DNA from: a virus
Direction: 5' to 3' (one strand)
DNA length: 64,000 bases
IMG/VR virus record: IMGVR_UViG_3300018890_000001
Location: 628 to 64,627 of that record
Shown here: in pieces, positions 45,116 to 54,091 of the stretch
Position numbering within the stretch: the first letter of the stretch is position 1
How the letters are laid out: every line of letters starts with the position of its first letter
Made by a program: the position numbers and the translations under genes
Notes under the pieces: generated by a model
Told to the model about the DNA's origin: nothing
Seen by the model: only the letters and a program-made list of their open reading frames with translations
Databases searched by the model: none

Positions 45116-45499
45116 ATGAATCGCAAACTAACTGAGAAAGCCAAACATCGTGGTTGCGGGATTGAAATGTATGAAATGTGGAATTGTCATGAATTTGACG
45201 GAATTGGTTACTCCTACGTCATTATCAATCACCAAGGGGTACCGCGTACTGATCAAACCGATGAATACTGGATAGATAGTGTGTCATACGCACTGACAAA
45301 AGCAATCGCGTCAATAGACGAGGATCTTGATTCGTGGTGGGCGATTTCTTGTTTAGCGATGTACCGAAACAAGTTTGAGCATTTCGCTTTGGTTTATTTT
45401 GGCGAAGAGACGGGTGCGATCGCAAAAGGAATGGAAGAATTGCAAAAACGCTATCCCAAACACAAATATTCGGTGAAAATATTAGGCGCGGATATGTAG
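45116..45499 (+). CDS. Hypothetical protein
   Basis: 127-aa ORF. Confidence 0.6.
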   Translation: MNRKLTEKAKHRGCGIEMYEMWNCHEFDGIGYSYVIINHQGVPRTDQTDEYWIDSVSYALTKAIASIDEDLDSWWAISCLAMYRNKFEHFALVYFGEETGAIAKGMEELQKRYPKHKYSVKILGADM

Positions 45500-45814
45500 A
45501 TACAAGTCAACCATAAAAGTGAGAAAACGTAAATGCTAGTTACAACCAAGTATTGTATCAAGATTTTATGCAACTTTTAATATGGGAGATCTTGCTATTA
45601 ACTGCTAGTCCCTTCGTTACCACTGAAACGCAAACACCGACTTTTGTGAAGCAAGCTGCGATTTTACAGCGATTGTCGATCACCACCCGATCTTAACGGC
45701 GCTCATTCAAGCGGATGCAATGCTCAAAGTTTTTGGTTTACAGGGTGAGGACGCTGACGATTTGGTTAAGGGTGCATTGCGTTATGTAGCTATGTTGTGT
45801 TCTGAGGTACAGAA

Positions 45815-46021
45815 ATGAAAATTACGGTTGAAGGTACACCCGAAGAATGTGATACTTTGCTGAATGTATTGCGTGGTGTGAAAAAACTTGACAACAAGCT
45901 GGAAGTAGAAGTGGTCGCGATCGAAACCGTCGTAGAACCAGCACCTAGAGTACCGCTTGTGCTAATAAACGGTGGTTTGGGCGATCGAAAGCAGCGGGTG
46001 ATCGAACTACCTAAATTTTAG
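45815..46021 (+). CDS. Small hypothetical protein
   Basis: MKITVEGTPEEC... followed by terminator 46040-46075. Confidence 0.55.
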   Translation: MKITVEGTPEECDTLLNVLRGVKKLDNKLEVEVVAIETVVEPAPRVPLVLINGGLGDRKQRVIELPKF

Positions 46022-46260
46022 GGATACACTAATCAGCAAAAAAAAGACGCGATTTATAAAAATCGCGTCTTTTTTATCGTGTTCGTTGAAACTGCGTGAT
46101 ATTTGTGCAAATATCGGAACAATCGTTGCTTGTGTACTAATTGGGTGTAATAGTATTACACATAGGTCACTACACAAGACTTTTGTGTAATGCAAATTTG
46201 TGTAGCAAGTAAATCAAAGTTCAATTGTTGTAAGCGTTTGGGGAGGGTTGTATTTGTGTA

Positions 46261-46734
46261 ATGAATAATCTGGATGACACGCCCGCGATCGTGTATCAGG
46301 TTGCTGTATTAAATGCCCGCGAATTTGCTGCTTGCAGATCGGCTCTAACAAATGGGTACTCGATCAAGCGAAGTGAGCTTTATATCCTTAATCGGAGAAC
46401 TGGAAAGCTCGTAACGCGAAAAACGCTTTGGGAATGGGATTGCATATTGCAAGCACACCCCAAAATGATCAACTATCGTCGGGATAGCACGCAGCAATCC
46501 CTGTGGAATCCTGGGCAAGCCTGGAACCCTCATCAGGTATGGTGTTTAGAAAAAGTTGCGGACTTTATGGCGACCAAAGCCATCTACCGCAACACTGAAA
46601 GCAAAAAGAGAAAGTACAAAAGCAAAGGGGTGTTGCGGTTCCCAACTTACGAAGAACTCAACCAATACCTTGCCGACAATCACGAAAAATTCACCCACAA
46701 ACAATTTCTGAAGGAGAGATTTCATGTCAGTTAA
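46261..46734 (+). CDS. Hypothetical protein
   Basis: 157 aa; overlaps the next start. Confidence 0.65.
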   Translation: MNNLDDTPAIVYQVAVLNAREFAACRSALTNGYSIKRSELYILNRRTGKLVTRKTLWEWDCILQAHPKMINYRRDSTQQSLWNPGQAWNPHQVWCLEKVADFMATKAIYRNTESKKRKYKSKGVLRFPTYEELNQYLADNHEKFTHKQFLKERFHVS

Positions 46735-47419
46735 ATTTGATGATTTGGCTACCGAATTAAAGACCACCGTCGGTCAATTGACTACTCTGGCGGAAATCCT
46801 AAATGAGGAAACAGCCAATTCTGAAACACCATTAAATTTACCAATTGGAGCAAAGGTAAATTTGACTAACGAAGACGCTGTGCTGCTGCGAAATGAGTTC
46901 AAGAAAAGACAACAAAGTAATGTTCCGGCGAACCCCACTCCGCAGTTGAATCCCGGTCCGATGCGCAATACAAGCGATATTCAGCAAGCGGAAGCATCTG
47001 ACGTTCCAACTGCTCAGCAAGAAGCCCCGACGGCATCTGAAATGGATACTGTGCATATAAATTTCGAGCAGGCAATTTCTGCTCAAGAAACACAGGATCA
47101 ACAGCTTTTTGAGAACGATCTTTCCACAATCAAACACCATCAATTCCAGCTTGGTGTACTCAAGGCTATATATGGTGCAACGGCTAATACTGAAGGGTTT
47201 ATGGCAGGGCAGAATGCACTTGCAGCCGCTAGGAATGCACAGGCTGTTGAGGCGCTTAAGCGTAAAGCAAGGATGCTGGCGGGAACCGAGGGCGCTGATT
47301 TTTTGCCCAAATATCCAAATGTAGCCCAGCTCTCGACGGAGATCCCGGAAGCGCCGAAGTCACTGAATCAACAGAATTCAAACAGTTTGGATCGCCTGAA
47401 GAAATCGTCGCCGCAATAG
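46724..47419 (+). CDS. Possible N-terminal HTH + coiled-coil protein
   Basis: FDDLATELKTTVGQL at the N-terminus; Q/A-rich helices. Confidence 0.65.
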   Translation: MSVKFDDLATELKTTVGQLTTLAEILNEETANSETPLNLPIGAKVNLTNEDAVLLRNEFKKRQQSNVPANPTPQLNPGPMRNTSDIQQAEASDVPTAQQEAPTASEMDTVHINFEQAISAQETQDQQLFENDLSTIKHHQFQLGVLKAIYGATANTEGFMAGQNALAAARNAQAVEALKRKARMLAGTEGADFLPKYPNVAQLSTEIPEAPKSLNQQNSNSLDRLKKSSPQ

Positions 47420-47613
47420 ACAAGCTTCGCGAAGAGAATCGATCGGTAACGTTTATTCTCTTCGTTAGTTCAAATCAAAATCTGTGGAGTCGAATATTGG
47501 TTATGAATTGGCTACGGAATCGGATCAACAATTTTTTAGCAGCACCATCCCCCAGTTATACCGAATTTAGCTCTATTTGCGCTAATTTGATGGGTTTACC
47601 TTAAGGAGGCAAA

Positions 47614-47913
47614 ATGACAGTATCAAACGCAAACATTCCTTTCGATCGCGAGCAAGTCCGGTCTACTAAGCCTGAAGTTCAACAAGCGGAATCTCGCGTC
47701 ACTGACGAGTTTGAAAGAATTATTCCGATTGACGAACAGACTTTTAATCGCTTGCGATTAGGTGGAATTGATGAATCAGAGTATGGAACTATTGAAGACC
47801 GTTTGTTTGTATCGAGAACGGCATTTAATTCAAAAGGTGATTGCAGCCCTACTGACAATACCTGGAGGGTACTCAAGTCGATCGCCCGCAAAATTAGCAA
47901 AATAGGGGGTTGA
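47614..47913 (+). CDS. Hypothetical protein
   Basis: 99 aa; AAGGAGG RBS. Confidence 0.7.
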   Translation: MTVSNANIPFDREQVRSTKPEVQQAESRVTDEFERIIPIDEQTFNRLRLGGIDESEYGTIEDRLFVSRTAFNSKGDCSPTDNTWRVLKSIARKISKIGG

Positions 47914-47918
47914 ATTAA

Positions 47919-48728
47919 ATGAATCAAGGAAAAGGTGGGGCGCTAGTTCCGTTGGCAGACCGCATGATAGTTCCCACTGGTTCTGCGATGCTAGCGAACG
48001 ACTACAACATCGATGGCTTGGACATCCCAAGCACTTTGACGCTTGACGATTTTGAAGCCTTGGGTCAGCGGGCGATCGAGATCCAATGGCTTTTAGATAA
48101 TTTACCAACTATCAAAGATAAGTTGATGCTTGTCATCAGGGGGCAGGTTTCCTGGGAGCAAATGAAGTGTGAATTGATGAAAGCTGGGTACAAGGGTGCC
48201 GGCGATATCAAAAAGAGCACTATCGACGCTCTTATTGCAGAACAAGCTTTCAATGCCAAGGTTGCCCAGCAGGATTACAGATTAAGCGCAAACACGAAGA
48301 AATTCGGTCAAGAGACTACCGAAGTCAATGCCTTTACGGATTCGTTAATCGAGCTGGATTTGGCGTCACTCAGAGCGCGGAACGCTGCAATTCTCGAACA
48401 AAAAAGACAAGCTGCCAACAGTGAAGATGCCGCAGCTATCGCAGAATGGGAGACTGCTCGAAAAAACAACGATCTACAAGCAGCTTCAATGTTGCTTCAG
48501 TACGGAACCGCAGCTCGATCGCACCCTAAATTTCCCGGTGGAGCGCAGGCGATCGGTGGTTCCTCCCGGCAACAAGCGTCATTCGGTGGTTTTAGTGGAA
48601 CCCGTCAACAACCCAAAGATCGTTTAAAAATCGAACTCGAAGGTAATGTCGCTGGCGCAGCAAACCGTTTTGCTAACCGCGCTGGCAATGGCGTCAAAAA
48701 GCTGAAAAATTTCTTTTTTGGAGGGTAG
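47919..48728 (+). CDS. Coiled-coil hypothetical protein
   Basis: 269 aa, helical, with a Gly-rich tail. Confidence 0.7.
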   Translation: MNQGKGGALVPLADRMIVPTGSAMLANDYNIDGLDIPSTLTLDDFEALGQRAIEIQWLLDNLPTIKDKLMLVIRGQVSWEQMKCELMKAGYKGAGDIKKSTIDALIAEQAFNAKVAQQDYRLSANTKKFGQETTEVNAFTDSLIELDLASLRARNAAILEQKRQAANSEDAAAIAEWETARKNNDLQAASMLLQYGTAARSHPKFPGGAQAIGGSSRQQASFGGFSGTRQQPKDRLKIELEGNVAGAANRFANRAGNGVKKLKNFFFGG

Positions 48729-48730
48729 TC

Positions 48731-49126
48731 ATGTTTTCGTTAGCTAATCGACCAGAGCCACCCACAGTTGAAGTTGATGTGGAAGTCCCGAAATCCGCAT
48801 ATTATCTACGTTTGAAATCCCAAAGCAACGTAGCCTTTTTGGGGATCTGCTTTGGGGTGGGAGTGGTCGCTACCAATGTTATCCGGCTGTTCCCGGAATA
48901 CTACGTTTTTTACGCTCTCCTGTCTGTCTCAGGAATAATTGCATTGCTTGCGTTTCCTTCGGCAGACCTTGGAGCTAAATATTTGTGGAGATGGGGTGCA
49001 ATCGCGCTTCTGGGTGGTTTAGCGCTGCCTTGGTGGGAAATCCTACATCTCATCCCTAAATGGGTGTGGATAGGCTTATTTTTGGCGATTGTTGGGATTG
49101 TAGTGGCGATCGGAGGTAATCACTAA
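48731..49126 (+). CDS. Four-TM membrane protein
   Basis: Four hydrophobic segments. Confidence 0.7.
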   Translation: MFSLANRPEPPTVEVDVEVPKSAYYLRLKSQSNVAFLGICFGVGVVATNVIRLFPEYYVFYALLSVSGIIALLAFPSADLGAKYLWRWGAIALLGGLALPWWEILHLIPKWVWIGLFLAIVGIVVAIGGNH

Positions 49127-50910
49127 TGAAGCACATCGCTGCAAAGCTTGTTTTAAGTGGTTTAGCGATTTTAATGGCGGTCGCGCCAGTTCCATTTGAA
49201 AAGTGGGCTTGGCAGCGAGTTGGGCTTGGCATTCTGGGATTGGCGGGAATAACTTCTACTAAGTCCAAAATTGACCAGGAGATGGAGGAACAGCATTTAG
49301 TTGATGTTCAAGTTTTTGAAGAAAAACTGTACGAAAGACAACTTACTGAATTACAGCGCGGGCTAGCCCTGGAAGCTGCGCGACAACAAGAAGCTATTCG
49401 GTTTGACTTACAAACTAAAATGGCGACCGCTGACTACCAAGGCGCGTTTGTCACCATCATGGAAGAAAAGCACCCTTACTACCTTGATGCTTTACAAGCA
49501 CAACAACAAGCTGCTTTAGAGGCTCAAAAACGAGCGTATTCTGCTGAAGGTGGATTGGTTGACCGTGTTGGTGAAATGATTGAAGTTGGGGTGATCGGAG
49601 CTGAGACAGGTATTAACCTAGAAACTGGTGTACAGCAAAATTCAATCCCTAAATATTTAAGGAGTTTCGTTTCAACTACTTGTTTGGCTTGGGGCGCGCA
49701 AGGTAGCGGTAAATCGTGGTTTGTTCGCTATTTAGCAAAAATTAAGGTTGATAAAGGATATCGCGTTATCGTCTTCGATCCAAACAGCAATCAAGCTGCT
49801 TGGAGAGGTGTAGAACTCATCAATACTTACGAAGCTATTGAAGAGAAGATGCGTTGGTATATCGAAGAAGTAATGTCGCGCTACCAAGTGTTTACAGCTT
49901 CTGATTATGACGAAGACGTTTGGCGGGCGCAACTTTGGACTGACGGTAAAGCAATTAGTGTTATTTGCGAAGAGGTTACAACCTATGCCGATTTTATCCC
50001 AGACACCGAATTAGTTAAACAGTTTATCAAGGTGGCGACTACATTAAGTCGAAAGCAAGAGATGCCAGTTACGTTTGTTACCCACAACAATACGCAAACT
50101 TGTTTCGGCAATATCAAAGGTCTTGGTCAGTTAATCGCGGATATGCAACAAATTAAGTTGATTCCCAAAACAGACCCACAAACAGATCAGCCAGTTGCAT
50201 CTGGTCGGGCGCAGGTGCGATCGAACAGCGAACAAAATTGGGTGGATGTTACAGTACCGAGAATTACCTCAAAAATTACAGATTTTACCCGAATAACACA
50301 GGTTATTTCTACCCAAGAACAGTCAGATATTGTTGATACTGAGACATCGAATCCTGTGGATAATTCCGTAGAGCTAGATCAAAACGAGATTAATTTGATT
50401 ACCAGTATCGAAACTCAAAAAGAGCAACTCGACGCGACTTTCAATAAAACCTACAATCCGCTAGATCACTTCATGCAAGAAGCTAGTCAAGAGCAGTTGG
50501 AAGAGATGATCAAAAGTTGGCGAGCGTTGGCTGATACGTCGCGATCAGACGTATCAGATACTTTGATACAAAAAAACGCATCTGATACGCATCAATCGCC
50601 AGAACCTGCACAGGATAACGGTTCGCGACGTATTTGGGATGTATCAGATTTCCGTAAAAACCTACCAGATCGCCAAGAGGAGGTGATGTTTCGAGAGTTG
50701 GATACATTTTTTCAAAACGTATCTCGTAGTCCCAACAGAATTATTAAAGAAGCGTGGGGACTCTCAAATGGGAATGTTTACAGTTCAATTGGAAAACCAT
50801 GTTTTGTCTATTTAGTGACAAAATATGGCACTGACGAGCACAAGACTTCCCCGAAGTTCGCAAAACACATTGGAGAATACTTGGGTTCTGATGACGCTAA
50901 TGACGAGTAA
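49126..50910 (+). CDS. Membrane-anchored P-loop ATPase (FtsK/HerA/TraD-like)
   Basis: Two N-terminal TMs, coiled coil, Walker A GAQGSGKS, VIVFDP, Walker B ICEEV, LSRK, and a possible C-terminal wHTH. Confidence 0.75.
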   Translation: MKHIAAKLVLSGLAILMAVAPVPFEKWAWQRVGLGILGLAGITSTKSKIDQEMEEQHLVDVQVFEEKLYERQLTELQRGLALEAARQQEAIRFDLQTKMATADYQGAFVTIMEEKHPYYLDALQAQQQAALEAQKRAYSAEGGLVDRVGEMIEVGVIGAETGINLETGVQQNSIPKYLRSFVSTTCLAWGAQGSGKSWFVRYLAKIKVDKGYRVIVFDPNSNQAAWRGVELINTYEAIEEKMRWYIEEVMSRYQVFTASDYDEDVWRAQLWTDGKAISVICEEVTTYADFIPDTELVKQFIKVATTLSRKQEMPVTFVTHNNTQTCFGNIKGLGQLIADMQQIKLIPKTDPQTDQPVASGRAQVRSNSEQNWVDVTVPRITSKITDFTRITQVISTQEQSDIVDTETSNPVDNSVELDQNEINLITSIETQKEQLDATFNKTYNPLDHFMQEASQEQLEEMIKSWRALADTSRSDVSDTLIQKNASDTHQSPEPAQDNGSRRIWDVSDFRKNLPDRQEEVMFRELDTFFQNVSRSPNRIIKEAWGLSNGNVYSSIGKPCFVYLVTKYGTDEHKTSPKFAKHIGEYLGSDDANDE

Positions 50911-50949
50911 TCTATGTTTAATTAATCAAACTACCAAACCAGGGGTTAA

Positions 50950-51255
50950 ATGCAACTTATCCAATTTCTTTTTTTGATTGGGGTTTCGTGTCTACTTTTC
51001 ATGTTTCTTTTTTCAGGGGTGATCGGTTACTTCTTTTACTCTTTGTCACACGGTGCTCCGCCGCTGGAAGTAACGACACCAACACTTCTTCATTGGGAAA
51101 ACCTACCGAAAGTTTCCAAGAAAACGTTACTTCCAGCGATTACTATGCTTACCGCTCTCTGGGTGTTAATCGGTTCAGGGGAATCTAAGAAAGAAGACGA
51201 CAAAAGTGGAAAAAGCAAAGGACGTACTCGGAGACGCCACCAAGATGAAGATTAA
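50950..51255 (+). CDS. Two-TM membrane protein with basic tail
   Basis: Hydrophobic segments and a K/R-rich end. Confidence 0.65.
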   Translation: MQLIQFLFLIGVSCLLFMFLFSGVIGYFFYSLSHGAPPLEVTTPTLLHWENLPKVSKKTLLPAITMLTALWVLIGSGESKKEDDKSGKSKGRTRRRHQDED

Positions 51256-51280
51256 AAATTCACACTCTTGAGGAAAACCC

Positions 51281-51976
51281 ATGTATTTAGAAAAGACGGA
51301 TTGTGACAACTTTGTTGAAGACCTTTGGATCAATAATATGGATGAAGGGATTCAGGTTGTAGGTGCTAAAGATTCGTTCAAGTTAAACGCTATTTGCCAG
51401 CTACTTGAAAAATTAAGTCCAGACCCTACTGAGATTTTTGTGTTGAGTCCAGATATCGAGCAGAAACAATTTTGGGATTTGGCAGGTATCCCGATCGCCC
51501 AAGATTTGAATCAAATTGCGTCCTCGCTCCGTCAATTACTTCAGGAATTGCATAAAAGGCAAAGCATTTTCCGCATTTTTATCGGACATCACATCAACTG
51601 CGTAATCGAGATCGATGATTTGCATGATGCACTTGTTGAGCGAGGGCTCAGTTTGGGTATTGAGTACGACGCGCGAGAATTGAATGAAGCTGTGGCAGAA
51701 CTTCGAGATCTTGGTCCAAGAGTTGGCATTACTGTTATTGCATGTACAAAATCTGAACCGTATTGGAACCACTGCCTTTATTCGGGAGAATCAGCGATCC
51801 GATTCGCGAAAACCGCGAGTCAAGATGTTCTTGAGGAAGTTAGTAACCAAGCATACCCGTGTTGCTTTACGATCGCCAACGATGTCTATTTAATGTCGGT
51901 GACAGACCATCTTACGTCGTCTATACCTCGGGTGATCGCTTTGATTTCTGAAAACAAACGGGCGATCGCGCTGTAG
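51281..51976 (+). CDS. Degenerate FtsK-like ATPase domain (no Walker A)
   Basis: ELHKRQ...VIEIDD...LGPRVGITVIACT resembles the FtsK EM..R...IIIDE...GRA.GI.LI.ATQ pattern. Confidence 0.45.
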   Translation: MYLEKTDCDNFVEDLWINNMDEGIQVVGAKDSFKLNAICQLLEKLSPDPTEIFVLSPDIEQKQFWDLAGIPIAQDLNQIASSLRQLLQELHKRQSIFRIFIGHHINCVIEIDDLHDALVERGLSLGIEYDARELNEAVAELRDLGPRVGITVIACTKSEPYWNHCLYSGESAIRFAKTASQDVLEEVSNQAYPCCFTIANDVYLMSVTDHLTSSIPRVIALISENKRAIAL

Positions 51977-52021
51977 ATTCATTTTTCAAATACTAATCAA
52001 ACACAACCATAGGAGGTTCTC

Positions 52022-52282
52022 ATGATTTCTCAAAATTACATCGGCGTCGAGTCAATCAATATTCATTCTTCAGCGAACGTGACAATTCATAAGGGAGATG
52101 CGTTTCAAGTAAAGATTACACCACTATCTGAGGGCAGATACAATATAGCGAATTATGGTATAATATGTATAGAAAAGAAAATGACACTACACAGATTCAA
52201 CAAAGCGAATAAATCGAGACAACTCGAAGCAGCCATTGAAGTAGAAGATCGTCACTTTTGTAAAACCAAAATAAATATTTAA
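52022..52282 (+). CDS. Hypothetical protein
   Basis: 86 aa; AGGAGG RBS. Confidence 0.55.
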   Translation: MISQNYIGVESINIHSSANVTIHKGDAFQVKITPLSEGRYNIANYGIICIEKKMTLHRFNKANKSRQLEAAIEVEDRHFCKTKINI

Positions 52283-52332
52283 TTTATTTCAAAAATAAAT
52301 CAAGATATTTCGGATCAGTGATTCGTAAGTTG

Positions 52333-52490
52333 TTGAAAACGTTAAACACAGTCAGTATAGTGCGCGACATTATACAGATTAAGACCGAGAGATGAGAATT
52401 CTTGCGGTCAAAACTTGCTCCCACCAGAGGTGGATCTAGAGCGAACAAAAAGCCCGCCTTATCCTGACTGGATTTGGAGGGCTTTTTGTT
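52333..52490 (+). ncRNA. Orphan promoter-to-terminator unit (structured RNA or 15-codon ORF)
   Basis: TTGAAA-N17-TATAGT, two hairpins, then terminator AAAAAGCCC...GGGCTTTTT. Confidence 0.35.
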
Positions 52491-52542
52491 TTAATATTTT
52501 CATAAATGCTGTATATTAACAATGTAGCTATGAGCAACTAAT

Positions 52543-52857
52543 ATGCGCGTACATCTTAACAATCATGACAATCAATGTTCGGTAAAAGAGTATAATAGCC
52601 TGCAAAGAGAATATGGTTGTTGTTTTGAAAAACTAAAGGTAACGGATAGGTGTATGATTTTGGCTGTTTTAGCTGTTTCATTGCACAATTTGCTTATGAA
52701 TGATCCGTTTAGAAGTATGACTACGTATAATTTGTATGAAACTGCTATGTCAATAATGGCAAGAGATTGCTGTACAAGGTTGATGGGCTTGACTTTTGAA
52801 CATATGACGTGTGCCTGTAGCGCACTTCTGTCTCAATTGAACTTACCACGAGAATAA
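52543..52857 (+). CDS. Hypothetical protein
   Basis: 104-aa ORF ending at a terminator. Confidence 0.55.
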   Translation: MRVHLNNHDNQCSVKEYNSLQREYGCCFEKLKVTDRCMILAVLAVSLHNLLMNDPFRSMTTYNLYETAMSIMARDCCTRLMGLTFEHMTCACSALLSQLNLPRE

Positions 52858-52858
52858 A

Positions 52859-52909
52859 ATAAAAAAAGCGGGCGATCGAATATATTGATTCGATCGCCCG
52901 CTTCTTTTT
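52859..52909. terminator. Bidirectional terminator, CGATCG-core family
   Basis: AAGCGGGCGATCGAAT / ATTCGATCGCCCGCTT. Confidence 0.8.
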
Positions 52910-53003
52910 TATTTCAAAGAAAAACCGTCTATTGGATCAGAATAGACGGTTTCCTTATGAATGTGTTCCGCCGCTGTTTTAATAACGACTTCATTATCAT
53001 ACA

Positions 53004-54065
53004 TCATTTTTGCACGTTGTCAACTTTTATTTTTGCTTTATCTAAAATTGCTTTTACCTTTTTATACTTCTCTGCACCGACTTTGCTCCGACCTTCGTAA
53101 TACGCTTCTATATTGTCGCGAAAAAAAGAAGCCACCTTTCCGACCACCTCCTGCGCGACAGCTTCGACTTTTTTCTCGGAGTTACCGATCGCCTTCGTTG
53201 CTGCTTCAAATCCAGCAACCGTCGCAGTACCGATATCGTTCATCATTTCTTGAGTGTTGCGACCAACTCGTTTAAGTTGTTCACGCGCTTCTGCTTGAGC
53301 TTCTTTGCGATCAAGTTCATTCTCGACTTTTTTTCTGGAACCTTCGTAAAATTCTTCGTCGGTAACATTTCTCTGGGTCGCAGTATCGATTGCTTTATTG
53401 ATCACACCGTCAACCGCATCTTTGAAAGTTTGAACGACAACTTCTTTGAGGGTTCTACTTTTGATTGGGGCACTTAAATCATTCAGTGTACGGTCGAGAG
53501 CTTCAGTTGTTCGGTCTTTTGCGTCGAGCAACATCTCCTTGTGTTCGTAATCGCTTACGTCAAGAATCAATTCGGTGATGAGTTTATTGGCTTCACTTTT
53601 GGGTAAAACTTTTTGTAATTCGTAATCAAGATCCGATATAGCGCGATCGCGCTCGTCAACATCAACACCTTTGAGATCTTTGCCAGATAGTGCTACAGCG
53701 GGCGCTAATTTTTTTAAAACCGCATCTCGGTAAGCCGTCTCGCCACCGGACACTTTTGCCCAGACTTTTGCGACTGGATCTGACGTGCCTGCAAGTCTTT
53801 TAGCAATTGTGGCGATCGCCTCCTGGCGTTCAGGAGTATCGGCTTTCCATATTTTTTGTTCTTTATCGAGAAAAACATTTAATTTTTCACCGTCTGACAT
53901 AGCTGACGCTGATTTTGCCCATTTACCGTCAGCGGATCGAACGCGGTTTTGCTCGCGATCGTAATCTGAGAGTTGGGCACCTGCTACGATTAGCTGTGTT
54001 TCTAAAATTTTTAATTGAAAATCAGTATATGTCATCGGATTACCTGCGATAATACAGCAATTCAA
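53004..54065 (-). CDS. Helical phage protein (likely start MTYTDF at 54035)
   Basis: RVRSADGKWAK motif, typical of phage morphogenesis-region proteins; lies downstream of the tube gene. Confidence 0.7.
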   Translation of the reverse strand: MNCCIIAGNPMTYTDFQLKILETQLIVAGAQLSDYDREQNRVRSADGKWAKSASAMSDGEKLNVFLDKEQKIWKADTPERQEAIATIAKRLAGTSDPVAKVWAKVSGGETAYRDAVLKKLAPAVALSGKDLKGVDVDERDRAISDLDYELQKVLPKSEANKLITELILDVSDYEHKEMLLDAKDRTTEALDRTLNDLSAPIKSRTLKEVVVQTFKDAVDGVINKAIDTATQRNVTDEEFYEGSRKKVENELDRKEAQAEAREQLKRVGRNTQEMMNDIGTATVAGFEAATKAIGNSEKKVEAVAQEVVGKVASFFRDNIEAYYEGRSKVGAEKYKKVKAILDKAKIKVDNVQK

Positions 54066-54091
54066 AACGAGCTGCGGTTTTGGGTTTTTAG

